A stretch of 63,891 nt of DNA, filler included, from Octopus bimaculoides (Eukaryota), in NCBI RefSeq assembly GCF_001194135.2. It is 7 parts of 7 records of this genome, joined end to end, with 100 filler letters (N's around TTAATTAATTAA, not from the genome) between each part and the next. Parts side by side here need not be neighbours in the genome. Positions count along the whole stretch, not along the records: positions 38,882 to 46,163 come from NC_068986.1; positions 46,264 to 56,624 come from NC_068985.1; 5 more parts are not named here. The stretch is one strand, 5' to 3'. Position numbers and translations under genes: made by a program. Within the stretch, counting starts at the first letter, position 1. Each line of letters opens with the position of its first letter. Positions 40,271 through 54,167 of the stretch are shown here, piece by piece. Under the pieces are notes generated by a model. That model was not told the origin of the DNA. It saw only the letters and a list, made by a program, of their open reading frames with translations, and did no database searches.

Positions 40271-41463
40271 NNNNNNNNNNNNNNNNNNNNNNNNNNNNNN
40301 NNNNNNNNNNNNNNNNNNNNNNNNNNNNNNNNNNNNNNNNNNNNNNNNNNNNNNNNNNNNNNNNNNNNNNNNNNNNNNNNNNNNNNNNNNNNNNNNNNNN
40401 NNNNNNNNNNNNNNNNNNNNNNNNNNNNNNNNNNNNNNNNNNNNNNNNNNNNNNTAAACATAGTAAAATAGACAAAACGAATATTGTGAACTTGGTATGG
40501 GTTGTGGAAAATTCAACGTCTCGAACAGAGTCCTTCTTCGGGGAATTGTTAACAGAAAAGAAAGTAAAATATGAAATGTTTCAGTTGGCGTATTTCGCTG
40601 GCTTGAATAAGAATTCTAATTTTCGCTAGGACGAGTCTGTAAAATCGCCAGAAGATAACCTCTGTAATGGTGAAGCCTATCATTTATGCAGTGCTAATTT
40701 TAAGGGGAAGTACGATATTTTTCCTAATGCGAGTAATGATTTAGTCACAGGAAACAAGATTAGCAGAATCTTATTGAAAATACTTTCGATGTCAGTTCAT
40801 GAAGTTTAACTTTTATATACTTTGGATTCTTAGTTGAAGGTTTAGTTGTCGACCATGAAAGAAATCGATTTTGTTAGATTTTAAAATTTAAAATTTAGGA
40901 AACATCATATTAAAGATTTCTTCTCACCCGACAAAAAAATTCAGATTGTGTCAGATTGTTCTCTGCCGTGTTTGTTTCTATCCTTACTTAATATGTGCGT
41001 AATTTACTTTTTTTTAACCAATCTCAGCCACTTTATTCTCGGAATAAAATAATGTTCTGTTTAATGTCGAGTTTTAGTTAATGTAACTGTAGTACTGTTT
41101 CTATAATCTAACGTGATTTCATGTATTCTATAATAGAAATATATGTCGCAAACTAACGGCGTTCATTTGAGATGATTACTTTTACAGATATACGATAATA
41201 AACAGTAAAGAAGCTGAGAAACATAGATACTAAGTTAGCTACCAGTTAGATATTCAACTTTATGACAAATAGAAACACATAATTACATATAATTACATAT
41301 AACATAATTACATATAACGATAATGTTTGATTTATTAGTGAAATTACTATTTCGGATGTCAGAGTTAGATATAAAGAGATAATAGAATAGCTACAAAATT
41401 TTAGTTGTACCTTGATTCTTTCTATTCGCTTATCTTATGTTTTCTTGTTCTTTTTCTTTTTAG

Positions 41464-41957
41464 GTGTATGCCTTACAATGTTCCTGGTTATCAGTACAGC
41501 CACTGTGTGGATATCAGCTATCCAGCTGCGCATCATGCATTCGAAATCATCATTTCCAAGTAGCTTCAGTAAGTCTGGTCTGAGTACAAGCAGTTTCAAC
41601 GACGAAACCAGTCTAACAGTGCCATTAGACGCAACACTTAGTACTGGAGCCAGTTGCTCAGGGACCGCAGGCACCAGTGCAGACAAGCTCGAGAGCTATG
41701 TCATGGTAGACTACCTTCGGCATCAACAAAGTAGTTCGGGTGAAGAAGGGTGTGCCGGTGGAATTCCCCCTGCTGGTATGGAGAACTTCATTAATGCCAT
41801 TGTATCGCAACGTGAACAGAGGAAATTCCAGCATCGAAGATTAGAAGGGAAACGTCGTAAATTTTTCCTATCCAAAAATCTCGGATGTTGGTTTTCCCTC
41901 ATTGCTACTCTGCTGACTATACTGACGGCACTTGCACCACTTTTTGTCATCACCTAA
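41464..41957 (+). CDS. Terminal coding exon of a divergent nicotinic acetylcholine receptor-like (Cys-loop) subunit: M3, intracellular loop, M4
   Basis: Strong acceptor ttttcttgttctttttctttttag|G with phase-1 junction; 494 nt open to TAA. (G)VCLTMFLVISTATVWISAIQLRIMHS aligns ungapped to alpha7-type M3 [27 protein letters not shown], which also follows a phase-1 intron. The C-terminus KFFLSKNLGCWFSL...LAPLFVIT resembles KFAAMVVDRFCLF...SAPHIIV. AATAAA follows at about 42022 and 42144. Family call is by-eye alignment. Confidence 0.72.
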
Positions 41958-42881
41958 AACAAAATTCATAAGCTTGATGCGCCGACAATGGCGACACAAA
42001 TGTGAAAGAAAAATTAACAGCAATAAACCCATAAACATAAGAGACAATATTGAATACAAAATACTTAACAACAATTCATACAATAAGATAAATTCCATGA
42101 TTTACTTTATAAAACACAATGAAAATAAAACATTTCCGAAGAGAATAAAAACACGATAAACAATGTGGTAAAATATTAAACTGCCTAAACACACAAAGGG
42201 AAAAACTATAATCTGAGAAAGAGACCAAGTTTAAGAATGCCTTCATTGAAATAAACTACTGCTTTTGAAAGGACTGTCGATAAAAAATATTCCCTTTGTA
42301 TGATAAAAACAACAAAGAGAAAAAAACGTGAACAATAGGAATGGAAAGGGGAAATTCATAGAAGGGTTTAGTGTCATAATGTTATACATAGTTTGTCAGA
42401 ATCGGACTCATACCAATTAATGGAACGGTTTACAAGTTGTAAATGTAAAAATTATTTTCTCTTGTTTAATTCCATAATTTCCCAGATTCAAAAATATGAT
42501 ATTCTTCTATGTCTGGTGTAAAATATAATAGAGGTAATTTCGTTTTTGATTTCTATTTACATCTCTCAAATACATTTCCAAACAAAAAACGTGAAAAATA
42601 ATTGACAAATTGATTTTATAAAACAATAGGCATTTATCTTCAACTTGGAAACGGGACGAGTTTAAAGTAAATTAAAGTAAGAACAAATATATACACAAAT
42701 TGATAACGTGCATACATATACTGATGAATATTTATATGTACACGGGAATTTGTGCACATAAATACGTATTTACACATAAAGCAAGCAACCTAAGTAGAGC
42801 ACATAGGGTTTGAGTACTTCAATAAGTTTATTTATGCATGTATGTGTATACATTATATACAAATATACTCATAATTACAAC

Positions 42882-42921
<40 letters not shown>

Positions 42922-42980
42922 CAAATATATGTGTGTATATGCGTGTTTGTTTGTACGTATGTATATATACATACATATAC

Positions 42981-43049
<69 letters not shown>

Positions 43050-44237
43050 TAACCCTCTCATAATCAAGAAAATAGTTGTTCAGAGTTTATCTTGATTAAA
43101 TTCCAGATAAACAGCATAAAGAATGAATTATGGTTGTAGGGCTCAAGAGTGATTACTATATATAAGCGGATTTGTTTATATGGGCGGCTACCACTCTGGG
43201 CGTAAGGTCGCTCTAATGAATAGAGTGTTACTACGGTATTTTCGAGACTACATCTCTGGAACAGAATGTAAAAATCATAACTAAAGTAGATGAATGAAGG
43301 CTATTACTGGGCTGCAGAGTTGATGCGATAGCAAGAATGAGTAATAGCAATGGGAAAAAAATGAAACAGTGCAAGACTATATCACGTATATAAAGCATGG
43401 AAGATATGAATGTGACTAACGAAACTTCGAATTTAATATGTTGTATTGTCAATAAGATGTAAATTGCTGCAGCGAGTCTTAAAATATAGGAAAATAAAGA
43501 CGATATCATAAAACGCTGACCGAGAATAGTCAAGAGAGATTATTGAATCGACACAAAAAGATATTGCGAAGCGGTAGATCAACAATATAATGTCAAATGG
43601 CAAGTAGAAGAAATTCAAAGGGAGTCAGGTCAAAACGCGTGTGTTTCTGATAAGTGTATGAGTTGGAGGTGTGAGGGATACCATGTGAAGAGCAAGGATT
43701 TAAACTTTAGGAAACTAATGCAAAACATCGATATTACGTTGTTTTAAGCTCTACATGTACTTTGACAAAGGAGTAATATTTTGTTTTCACCATGCCTGAA
43801 TAGCAATATATCGTGGAAGTTTCGTTATTGGAATCTGTCTTCTACATTTACCATGCATTTGTTTACGCACTAGCAATTGGTTAAATCTGATAGAAATAAC
43901 AATAATTTCGTATATTATCGATCCTGTATTGCATTAACAGTAAAGAGGAATTGTAGCTTGCTGCGTGAGTTTTAGAAATTTATTTCCAATGAGTCTGTCA
44001 TTTCGAAAAACATCAATCTGCATAAATTATTCACAAAATATCAGTTAGTAGTTTGACTGGCTCGAAATATAATCAAGTATCAAGCTCACTTGTATTATGT
44101 TCTGAAGTGGATCAGCATTATGTCTCCAAATTTCAAGTTTATCAGCATGACTGATGCGTACGCCTTTTTATTGCAAACTCTTTTACACACACACACATAT
44201 ATACAAACACACACACATATATACAAACACACACACA

Positions 44238-44287
<50 letters not shown>

Positions 44288-46263
44288 CTAGAAAATAATA
44301 TTTTGATTGAAGCATATAGCTTTCTCTTTTGTTGTTATAGCCGTGAATAATTTCATTAGATATTTTAATCCTGTTTTTTAATCGCATTTTGTAAATTATG
44401 TTTATGTCTCATGAACACACGAACATTTTCTCACCCGCATACAAGTAAACTGTGAGTATGTATGTGTGTAAGTTTCATTTACGCTTTTTCGTATTTCATA
44501 ATAAGCCGCGAGTAAAACATTAATGAAATCGGCCTGATTAATTTCCTGGCCGAATCTTTACCATTCACCCATCAATTTTCGACTCCATCTTCAGAAACTG
44601 ATATATGCAACTGAGTACATTATTAAACTCCACTATGCGAAACCATTTGTATTTCTAACAATGCAGGTCAGCTTTAGATGACGATATTGCCATATTGGAG
44701 CATCTTTCAAATTCTTGCCTATAAGTGTTGGAATTTTCTTTTCTTCATCACGTTATTGTTTATATAATTTCTTTATAACAATGGATAATGAATTTGCTTA
44801 CGATTATATACTAAGATTATGAATATTCTACTAGACTCTTAAATTAAACAAAGCAAGATTTTCTTATCGGTATTTAGTCTTGAAATGAATATTCACTTAG
44901 AAGTATTTTTACAGTCTTCAAATAATTTTCTGTCAAACACTATCGATTTTACGTAGAATGGCTAAATAAAGATTTATAAAAATAAAAAGCGTATGGAGAT
45001 CCGTAGCGATTACTCTCTGTTACATAATGCAATAAAAATGCCGTGATCTATATTATAGCAATGATATCTCCAAACAGTCAAATAGATTTCATGACTTTCA
45101 GAGTGATACAATGCAGTTTTAAAATGTTCCCAAATTATATTGAATACAACTACTTTATCGTTTATTACAACATTACGTTGTGTCATGCCCACTTTCCAAG
45201 ATGATTCGTGTTACAAAAGCTGTTCACCGACCGCTTCTTTCTTCATTTCCCTTACTAAGTGTTGGTGCTTTTACAATCTATTTTATATGGAACATACGTA
45301 TAAATAAACTAAAATATTTTACGCAGAGAAAGAATGATTGTATAGTATTCGCAAAATTTCATTATCAAGTAGTTAATATAAGAAATTATTACCATGTCTC
45401 AATCATTGTGCTAATTTATATGGTGTATTTAAATATAATTTCGTGGTGATTAATATTACGCTATGGAATCAATAGAAAAGCTATTATTTCGTATATATGG
45501 TAAAGAAATTAAATAATTCTTTTTCCCTTATTTTGGGAAGCTCTGTAATTGGTATTTCTTAGGAGAGCAATAACATAATTATGAACAAATTATCGATAAC
45601 GTTCTTTAGTTACTGAGTATCGATCCACTGGAAAGTGAAATGCTATTTTATGTTTAATTCGATGTTTTACAGTAAAATTGCATATTCAGTTATTCCACAA
45701 AAATTTGGGGAAGCCGATAAAATGTACCACTTATTTGTACAGGTATCTGTCAAACTACATTTGAAATTTGTACTGATTATCATGATAGTTATTTTGTACA
45801 ACAGATGGTGAATAGAATATCTTGGAGGCATTCAATACGTCAAATTTACACCTCACTCTAATGCATATTTTATGGATTATAACCTTCTTTATAGTCACGT
45901 ATGAAAAATACGTTACAGCGCATGAAGAGCAGTACATAATAGTTACTGTTATATAATAATTATTGTTAGCACCAAGGCATTTATAAGGATTCCGAAATAT
46001 CATATCAGACTATGGATGACTAAATTACAACAGGTATAAAGTCCATTGTTTGTATTATAGTGCATTGTTGTACCATTCAAAATTTTTATTCTTTGCAAAC
46101 AATACACAATGCTTCAAGCGAAGTACAATACTCTCCTATATATATATATATATATATATATATNNNNNNNNNNNNNNNNNNNNNNNNNNNNNNNNNNNNN
46201 NNNNNNNTTAATTAATTAANNNNNNNNNNNNNNNNNNNNNNNNNNNNNNNNNNNNNNNNNNNN

Positions 46264-46304
<41 letters not shown>

Positions 46305-47872
46305 ATGTATATATATATATATAAAGAACAGTAACAAAATGAAAATAAAAGCGATGTAAAATGATGATGAGAAAGAGAAGGAAGAGGAGAAGGAGGGAGA
46401 TAAGAACAACAAAAATAATAACGATAATAAAAATCATTTCTTTATTTGCTCTAAGAGCAACATAAATTCCAAAACGTTTAAATTCACAAGAAAGAAAAAA
46501 AATATATATTTATGAGGTGTATATAAAATAATCAATGGGTAAAATATGTAATAAAAATATACACAACAAAGTTATGCATGTATACACACACGTACACATA
46601 CATATTTGTCTGTGAGTGCGTTTGTGTTTCTGAGGAATAGCGTTTCTTTTAAACATAGATAAAAACAACATGATTGTTCTAGTTTCATCATTGTTAGCAA
46701 TTTTATTTTTGCTTACGAAATTTTTGTATGAGTTTCTTGCAGTTTACTTTGGAACAGTAAAGTTACCAAACACATTATTAAATTTTCTAGACCTTCACCG
46801 TATCTTCTGAATGAAGGGTGTTTACTGTCTTTTTACAGTTAGGTAAAAAGCCTATGAAATTGACGAAGACATTGCCGTCAGATTTTGAAATTTTAATTCT
46901 TAGATTTTTACGTCATTAGTCGGTTACTTACTTTTATGTTTGTTACTAATGTACATTATCTGTATGGGTCTTTCAGCAATGTACTGAGTTGTAGGTATTA
47001 CTTCCAGCATTAATCACCTATTTTCATTGTGAATTTTCTATAAGATATATGTGTTGTCCACTAATGGTTTCCTATGTAGTTTTGTTTGTCGTTGTGCAAT
47101 GCAATGTTACTTGTAAATGCATGGTGAGCTGACAGGAAATTTTCGCACTTGTATAGACAATATAATTGGTGGAAATCGTGATATTTACAACTTTCATGCA
47201 TGGATCAAATATGTAAATCACATTGGTCAGTTGTAGCTTGCTTCTGGGTTCCTGGGTTTATTATTGATACAAAGGATTTTAATTTTAATATTTTTGTAGT
47301 ATATTATGTATCTGTTAAGCAATTGATTTAGTAATGCACTTTATGTGGGCTTTGTTTATTTTTAATGGACGCTTTTCTGCTATACTGATTATGATATATT
47401 TGTCTGTATTATTGTTCTATGTCTTAGTCTGTTAGATTAAACATTCGTTGTTGGTACTCATTGTTGATAAGTCTTTGTTTTATTCTATAGATTGTTTTTA
47501 TAGTACTTCGTTTGTAGAGAAGAATTATAATGTTTTCATAACTTTGACATTTTGCATCTCCATGAACGTTCACTGTATTCACATAAGCGCAGGCATATAT
47601 TTGTGCCATTGTTTTAGAGATATGCGATGTATATAATATTTTCTATCTGAATGTTTTTGTCTAGAAATAGACACTATAGAGCTAGGAGTTTTAATTTGTA
47701 TTGTTCTGTATATTGACTTTTAATACAAGTTTGTTTTTCTAGGCTTCTTTCAATTTCTCAGGGTCTTTTAATGTGTCAATTACAATGACCATATTGTCCA
47801 CATACGGAGGTGTATAATATATGTTCATGCCTTGCTACTGTTTCAATGTAATAATATCTATAGTGGTTTCAA

Positions 47873-48083
47873 GGCGGCGAGCTGGTAGAACCGTGGGCAC
47901 GCCGGGCGAAATGTTTAGCGGTATTTCGTCTGTTTTTACGTTCTGAATTCAAATTCCGCCGAGGTCGACTTTGCCGTCCATCCTTTCAGGGTCGATAAAA
48001 TAAATACCAGTTTCCTACTGGGTCGATCTAATCGACTGGCTCCCTCCCCCAAAATTTCAGGCCTTGTGTCTAGAGTAGAAAAG
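47873..48083 (+). mobile_element. SINE family A (tail gtctagagtagaaaag)
   Basis: Full-length copy flanked by aatatctatagtggtttc repeats. Confidence 0.93.
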
Positions 48084-48105
48084 AATATCTATAGTGGTTT
48101 CATAA

Positions 48106-48289
48106 GGCGGCGAGTTGGCAAAATCGTTGGTGCGTCAAGTAAAATGCTTAGCCGCATTTCGTCCGTCTTTACGCTCTGAATTCAAATCCCACCGAGGTCG
48201 ACTTTGTCTTTCATCCTTTCGGGATCGATAAAATAAGCATGTCTTATCCCTCCTCTGAAATTGCTGGCCTTGGACCGATATTTGAAGCA
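48106..48289 (+). mobile_element. SINE family A (tail ggccttggaccgatatttgaagc)
   Basis: Internally shortened copy flanked by aatatctatagtggt(t/c)tcataa repeats. Confidence 0.9.
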
Positions 48290-49634
48290 AATATCTATAG
48301 TGGTCTCATAAAACACTGCGAAAGTAGACCATAAGTGAGAAACCAAGGCTTCTCCATATATTCTTATCATATGACTTGCCTGTGGAACCTGCAAAATAGG
48401 CAACATCTTTAGCTTAGACTAGAAAGTGTGTTCACCAACGCTCCAGCGGCAGAGACAATAGAAACTACACAATATAATGTTTACAAACACCCTCATATAA
48501 TACAATTACCCATGATATCATCAAATATAGAAAATATTCTCAAGTCCAACCTCGAATATCAGTTATACGTCAGACGGCTTGTAATCTGAATCTGATTGAC
48601 ATAGGGATATGCTTAAAAGATTGATGCTTTTTTGGATAAAGACATTGGCAGGTACAAATACTATTTTGAGGTTCCTGAATTTTTTGTTTGATTGTAGAAA
48701 AAACATTTATACCTTGGAAAAAGTTCATTCGTGGAAATTTCGAGAATCGACGCAAAAGGCATAATCTGTGTTAACTAGATTATACCATACATTGTAAATT
48801 ATAACCAAATCTGTTCGGTCGATGGTTTCTTAAAATGAAAAATCCTCACGGTGTACGGAGAAAGTGTATACTTATACGGAGTGAGAAAGACGTTATCAAT
48901 AAGGTCACAACGTGAGACGAAATGGCTTTCGCTAAACGATTAACTGATTAATTAATTAATTAATTAATTAATTAATTAACCAATTAGCTAATTGATAATT
49001 TGATAATATGTACAATCAGTGCGTGTATTTATTGGAAGAATTATTCTATAAACTACAACCAAACACACACACACACATATATATATCAGATTAATTCAAA
49101 TATGCTTGTGACATATTTCAACTTTTAATGGCAATTTTACTGCAGTTTACCGTGGAGAAAAAATTTCGCTCACGGTAAATACACCCTTATCAACCCAGTG
49201 GCGCCTTCTCTAAGCCTCTAAAATTCATTTCTGATTCTTAATGCATCTTCAATAGAGGATACAAAAGAGAATTAACAACATTGAGTTGTCACAAAGCCGT
49301 CACTTTATAATAAGTCTCTCAATATTCGTGATTGATTTGCACTTCCAGATCGCCCGACTGTATTTATACCTTTTAACATAAGCTAGAATTTTCTTCGGAA
49401 TAAAATGTAGTGAAATTGCCTTTAGAAGTTAAAATATGCTACAAACATATTTGAACTCACCTAAAGTTTGTTTATTGTCCATCTGTTTCGCGCTAATCCT
49501 TATGTATTTACTCAGGCTGGGCTGCCTACAAGCTCAAATCAGTCACTAGTACTGGTTGATTAATTCAAAATTTATGGCTTTCTGTCAGCTCATGGTTACT
49601 TCTCTTTCGTATCCTCTACTGAAGGCGGTATAAC

Positions 49635-49840
49635 CTTTCCTACTCTAGGCACGAAGCCCGAAATTTTGGGGGAGGGGTACAGTCGATTAGATCGACCCAG
49701 TATGCAACTGGTACTTAATTTATCAACCCCGAAAGGTAAAGTCAACCTCGGCGGAATTTGAACTCAGAACATAAAGACAGACGAAATATCGCTATGCATT
49801 TCGCCCGGTGTACTAACGTTTCTGACAGCTCGCCGCCTTG
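49635..49840 (-). mobile_element. SINE family A with 15-bp TSD
   Basis: TSD tgaaggcggtataac (49620-49634) / tgaaggcagtataac (49841-49855). Confidence 0.92.
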
Positions 49841-49939
49841 TGAAGGCAGTATAACGAGCCAGTAATACATCTAGTGGTTCAGAGAGGGGCGCCGCTGAGC
49901 TGATAATGGTGTATTTACTTCTTTTAATTTAAGCGAGAA

Positions 49940-50830
49940 GATGCTGTTCTCTTGAAAAAAAAAAACAGTAATGCTCTTCGTGAATGTACTATATATAAAA
50001 ATATTCTATTGAAAACACTAATGAGGAATAATAAACTGTTCAAGGTGAGGTTGTGGTTGGATATTTTCGTCAAATACCAAGAAGCTCAAGTTCAAAAATA
50101 ATAGAGGATTGTATCAAACATTGCCTGTGTGAGAGCTCAATTTCCCTAATAACATGAGATCAGCTGTTGATGCAATACAATCGGTGGTATTTTTTACTAT
50201 GATTAATGATCTCGGATTAGACATGAACATCAGCGAAATATCTCAATAGATGATGAGTATAAAAGTATCGCAGAGACTGTATGTAGAAATCCGCAAAGCA
50301 TGACGAAAAACAATTATGTCGAATGTGTCTGCAGGAAAAGAATCTCAAATCCCAAAGCAAAGATGCTCAGCAATTATATAACAGAATTCTGAATATCATG
50401 CCACGTAAAATTATTGAATATACGTATACAGATACCTTTGGATCCGGAGTTGATAAACAAAATTCGTATCGAATTTTTGAACCAACTTACTCTTCAAAAT
50501 TTCATCTTCTTGAACTAAAGCTAAACGTTGATTCCATTATAATGTTGATGCCTAACGACAATCTCAGGAAAGGTGTGAGGAGTGGTACTACACTTCGTAC
50601 AACACTACAGTTTAGTCTGAAAAGGAAACAGTTCCCTATTATCACCTAATTGTTGAGGCTATTAATAATACTCAAAGTCAGTCGTTATAATTGGAGTATA
50701 TTTTGCAAAACTTGTATTTAGTCATAGCCAACAGTATGTGGTCTTAAGGAGAATTAAGAATAACATGAACTTAAAGTTATCAATTAATACGAGTTATAAA
50801 AGTATTTTACTCCCTCTTATAGTATAGACA
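49940..50830 (+). mobile_element. Helitron Pif1-helicase C-terminal remnant
   Basis: LMRNNKLF, GYFRQI, NNMR, HLLELKLNVDSIIMLMPNDNLRKGVRSGTTL, LKRKQFPI, degraded INNTQSQS and FSHSQQYV, KNIVSRELL*. Confidence 0.85.
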
Positions 50831-51429
50831 AAAATATTGTTTCTCGAGAACTTTTAAATTAAATGTGTATTAAATATATGTCTCAGGATATAGTATGAGA
50901 TCAACTTATAACATTCTGTAACCTATAACATATTGGGAACACATTGTAAATATCTGATGTAAACTTCAATTTGAACCATAATGTGTTGTAGGCATTATTT
51001 TCAATTAAAACCTGTGCAACACCGTGAAATAAAGCACCTTGTTCTTTTTGAAAATGTATCCAGTTAAAATAATAAGACGTAAATATTGCTGTAAACCAAA
51101 ACTATTGAATTATGAAGTGCTGCGATTAACACACTAAAATGCAATATTACATCACGTAATCTATATCATAAAATGAAGCGTAAATATCGCTGTATACTAC
51201 AATATCTAATAATATTATGAAATGTAAATACGATCATTAATTGCAACCTCTGCTATATTATGAAGCATAAAATGCCATAGAAAATGTAACCTGTATGATA
51301 GAGTATGATGCAGTAAATATTGGTGTTCTTAATCTACCTCTCACTTCCTCTAATCCTCATTCTCTTCTCACACTTAATCTCTCACTTTGCTTTTTTATAT
51401 TCAACCTGTCATTTCAATCTCCCCCTCTA

Positions 51430-51610
51430 ATTCTCTCACTTCACCTTTCCTTCTCCCTCTCTCTTTTCTTCACTTTCTCTTCTCTCTTTCTCTCTCTATC
51501 TCTCTTTCCCTCTCTATCTCTCTCTCTATCTCTCTTTCTCTCTCTATCTCTCTCTATCTCTCTTTCGCTCTCTATCTCTCTTTATCTCTCTATCTCTCTC
51601 CCTTTCTCTC
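51430..51610. repeat. (CT)/(CTAT) compound microsatellite
   Basis: Direct reading. Confidence 0.95.
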
Positions 51611-51844
51611 GCAAATGATTCATATTATGTTCAAGGGTTACAGATGAAATATTAATATACAAATACATTATACACATGCATATTATATTGAATTGCAAAT
51701 ATTGCTGTAAACTCAAACTATCGAGACAACACGTTATTTTGGAGTTTTAGAAATAGATTAATGATTATCAGTGAAGGATTAATAATTTCATTCATTACTT
51801 AATAAGACCGTAAATATTTTCATTGTTATATGTCGATATGAATT

Positions 51845-52225
51845 TTCTAAAACATTAGTTTATCAAGCTAACGTTTCCATTTCAGATACCAGAAACAAAA
51901 TGCTGTATGCTAAATGAAAACCCTTAAGAAAAATTTCTCAACATATGTATACATTTTAACACCCGCAGGAACTTTTTACCACTTCACTGTCCAGATACAT
52001 CTGGAATTTAAAGGCTGGTGGTATTAACAATTATAAAATCGATTGCTCTATTATAGAACACTACTGCCAACAACACTATGATTATATTTCCAGAAGGTGC
52101 GATATCTGCCTATCAGCGAAGTATAATGCTTTATTACTGACTTTTGAGATTAAAAAACAAAATAGATTTGAGTTCGTTAATTCGTGTACATACTTGAATT
52201 GCTATTTATTCAGCCGGTTCTCACT
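51845..52225 (+). mobile_element. Penelope-like element GIY-YIG endonuclease remnant
   Basis: KTLVYQANVS..., TSLSRYIWNLK..INNYKIDCSII, ISRRCDICLSAKY, KQNRFEFVNSC, matching PLE motifs IVYQATV, LSKYIW.LK, SKRC.LCL.EK, LNKR.EL...C. Confidence 0.8.
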
Positions 52226-53397
52226 ACCAGTTAGTCAAAATAGTTTATTTCCTACATAATCAATTTTCTATACCCTAGAAGATGCTAATATCAGTAAAAA
52301 AAATCAATTTATTCAGCAAAACTAAACCTCCATTAACAAAAGCCACCTTCCTTGCTTATATGTGTTTTACGTACGATATCGAAGATATGAACATATCCCG
52401 TTTTCTCGCGTAAATAGATGAAATATTAAGTGCACTGTGCTTATTTATTGAATACGTGAATGTATGATAGATTTTTGTAGCTTATATTTATTTATTTACT
52501 TTTTTAGTGACCAATCCAATCTTGATAGGTAGTTAACTAAAAATATGTTTGCGAATATTTTTCTTTACATATTGTTAGGCTGCTTTCTTACTTCACACGT
52601 CTGAATAATTGGCACTGTGAAATAATTGCAGGGTTGCAATTGAGCAAGCCTCGGTTTCTAATGAGATATTCACATTTTCTTCTATATAATAAGAAATTTT
52701 CTGTTTATAGGCACAAATGTTCACCAATACATACGAGCAAGAATATGTATACACCCATTCATACATGTATATACACAGATATATGTATAATATACATATA
52801 CATATACACATACATATATATATAGATGAGGCCCCAGAAACAGCTGTTGGACTTACAACACCTTTCTTCCACTCTTTTAATTCTCTCTATCGTTTGTACT
52901 CAGTGTAAGTTGGATCAGTTAATATAAATGTCTATATATTTATACTTAAATATTTTTCATCTGCAAGTCTCTACGTTTTGCTTTCTCAAGTTTTACATAC
53001 ACATTTAAACATATTTTAGATTTCATACCCGAACAATTATATTCAATATATCTAATTTGTTTATTCACATAATTTCCTCTATATCCGCTCTTACAGCCAT
53101 TTTTCGCCTTGTGGAGTCGATCCCCTGTAAAGACATCGGAGTCTAAGTTTCAATCTTTGGAATACTACTAAATGTCTTCTATACTGATTACCTCTGGATT
53201 TCATCTGTAGTCAATATATTTCTTTATATATACTTATACATATATGTATGTATAAAATTTAAAAGTGTACTCTCTTTTCTCTTACTTCCTCTCTGTCCTC
53301 TCTCTCTCTCGCTTTGCCACTTCAAAAAAGTGTGATGCACACAACAGGTACGTACCAAAACAAAAGGCTAGCGTATTAATAGTATTGATATTTACAA

Positions 53398-53600
53398 AGG
53401 CGGCGAACTGGCAGAATCGTTAGCACGCTGGGGCGAGCGGTATTTCGTCCGTCGCTACGTTCTGAGTTCAAATTCCGAGGTCAACTTTGCCTTTCATCCT
53501 TTCGGGATCGATAAAGTACGTACTAGTGAAACACTGGATTCAATGTGATCGACTCATCTCCTCCCCAAAATGGCTGCCTTTGTGGCAAAATTTGAAACCA
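53398..53600 (+). mobile_element. SINE family A
   Basis: Full-length copy. Confidence 0.92.
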
Positions 53601-54167
53601 TTATACACACACACACACACACACACACACANNNNNNNNNNNNNNNNNNNNNNNNNNNNNNNNNNNNNNNNNNNNNNNNNNNNNNNNNNNNNNNNNNNNN
53701 NNNNNNNNNNNNNNNNNNNNNNNNNNNNNNNNNNNNNNNNNNNNNNNNNNNNNNNNNNNNNNNNNNNNNNNNNNNNNNNNNNNNNNNNNNNNNNNNNNNN
53801 NNNNNNNNNNNNNNNNNNNNNNNNNNNNNNNNNNNNNNNNNNNNNNNNNNNNNNNNNNNNNNNNNNNNNNNNNNNNNNNNNNNNNNNNNNNNNNNNNNNN
53901 NNNNNNNNNNNNNNNNNNNNNNNNNNNNNNNNNNNNNNNNNNNNNNNNNNNNNNNNNNNNNNNNNNNNNNNNNNNNNNNNNNNNNNNNNNNNNNNNNNNN
54001 NNNNNNNNNNNNNNNNNNNNNNNNNNNNNNNNNNNNNNNNNNNNNNNNNNNNNNNNNNNNNNNNNNNNNNNNNNNNNNNNNNNNNNNNNNNNNNNNNNNN
54101 NNNNNNNNNNNNNNNNNNNNNNNNNATATACATACATGTATAATATGTGACAATTAGTTGGTTGTCA

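Larger units (their letters stand above)
46800..48480 (-). mobile_element. Degraded LINE reverse transcriptase remnant (RTE-like), interrupted by two SINEs
   Basis: (Q)VPQAS similar to GVPQGS at about 48390; PYVDNMVIVIDT similar to YADD motif at about 47810; LKVN follows. Confidence 0.6.

Noticed and set aside
41435-41953. Minus-strand ORFs overlapping the channel exon
   Set aside because: Shadow frames; the + frame has the splice acceptor, two TM helices and family-like motifs
45040-45195. SQIDFMTFRVIQCSFK resembling a Cys-loop
   Set aside because: Lacks the first Cys and the FPxD motif, spacing is two residues short, no splice sites, and it lies downstream of the terminal exon
53100-53215. 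Minus-strand cagatga-aatc...gatt-gaaac hammerhead-like motif
   Set aside because: U4 is mutated and no valid stem III, NUH or stem I can be built
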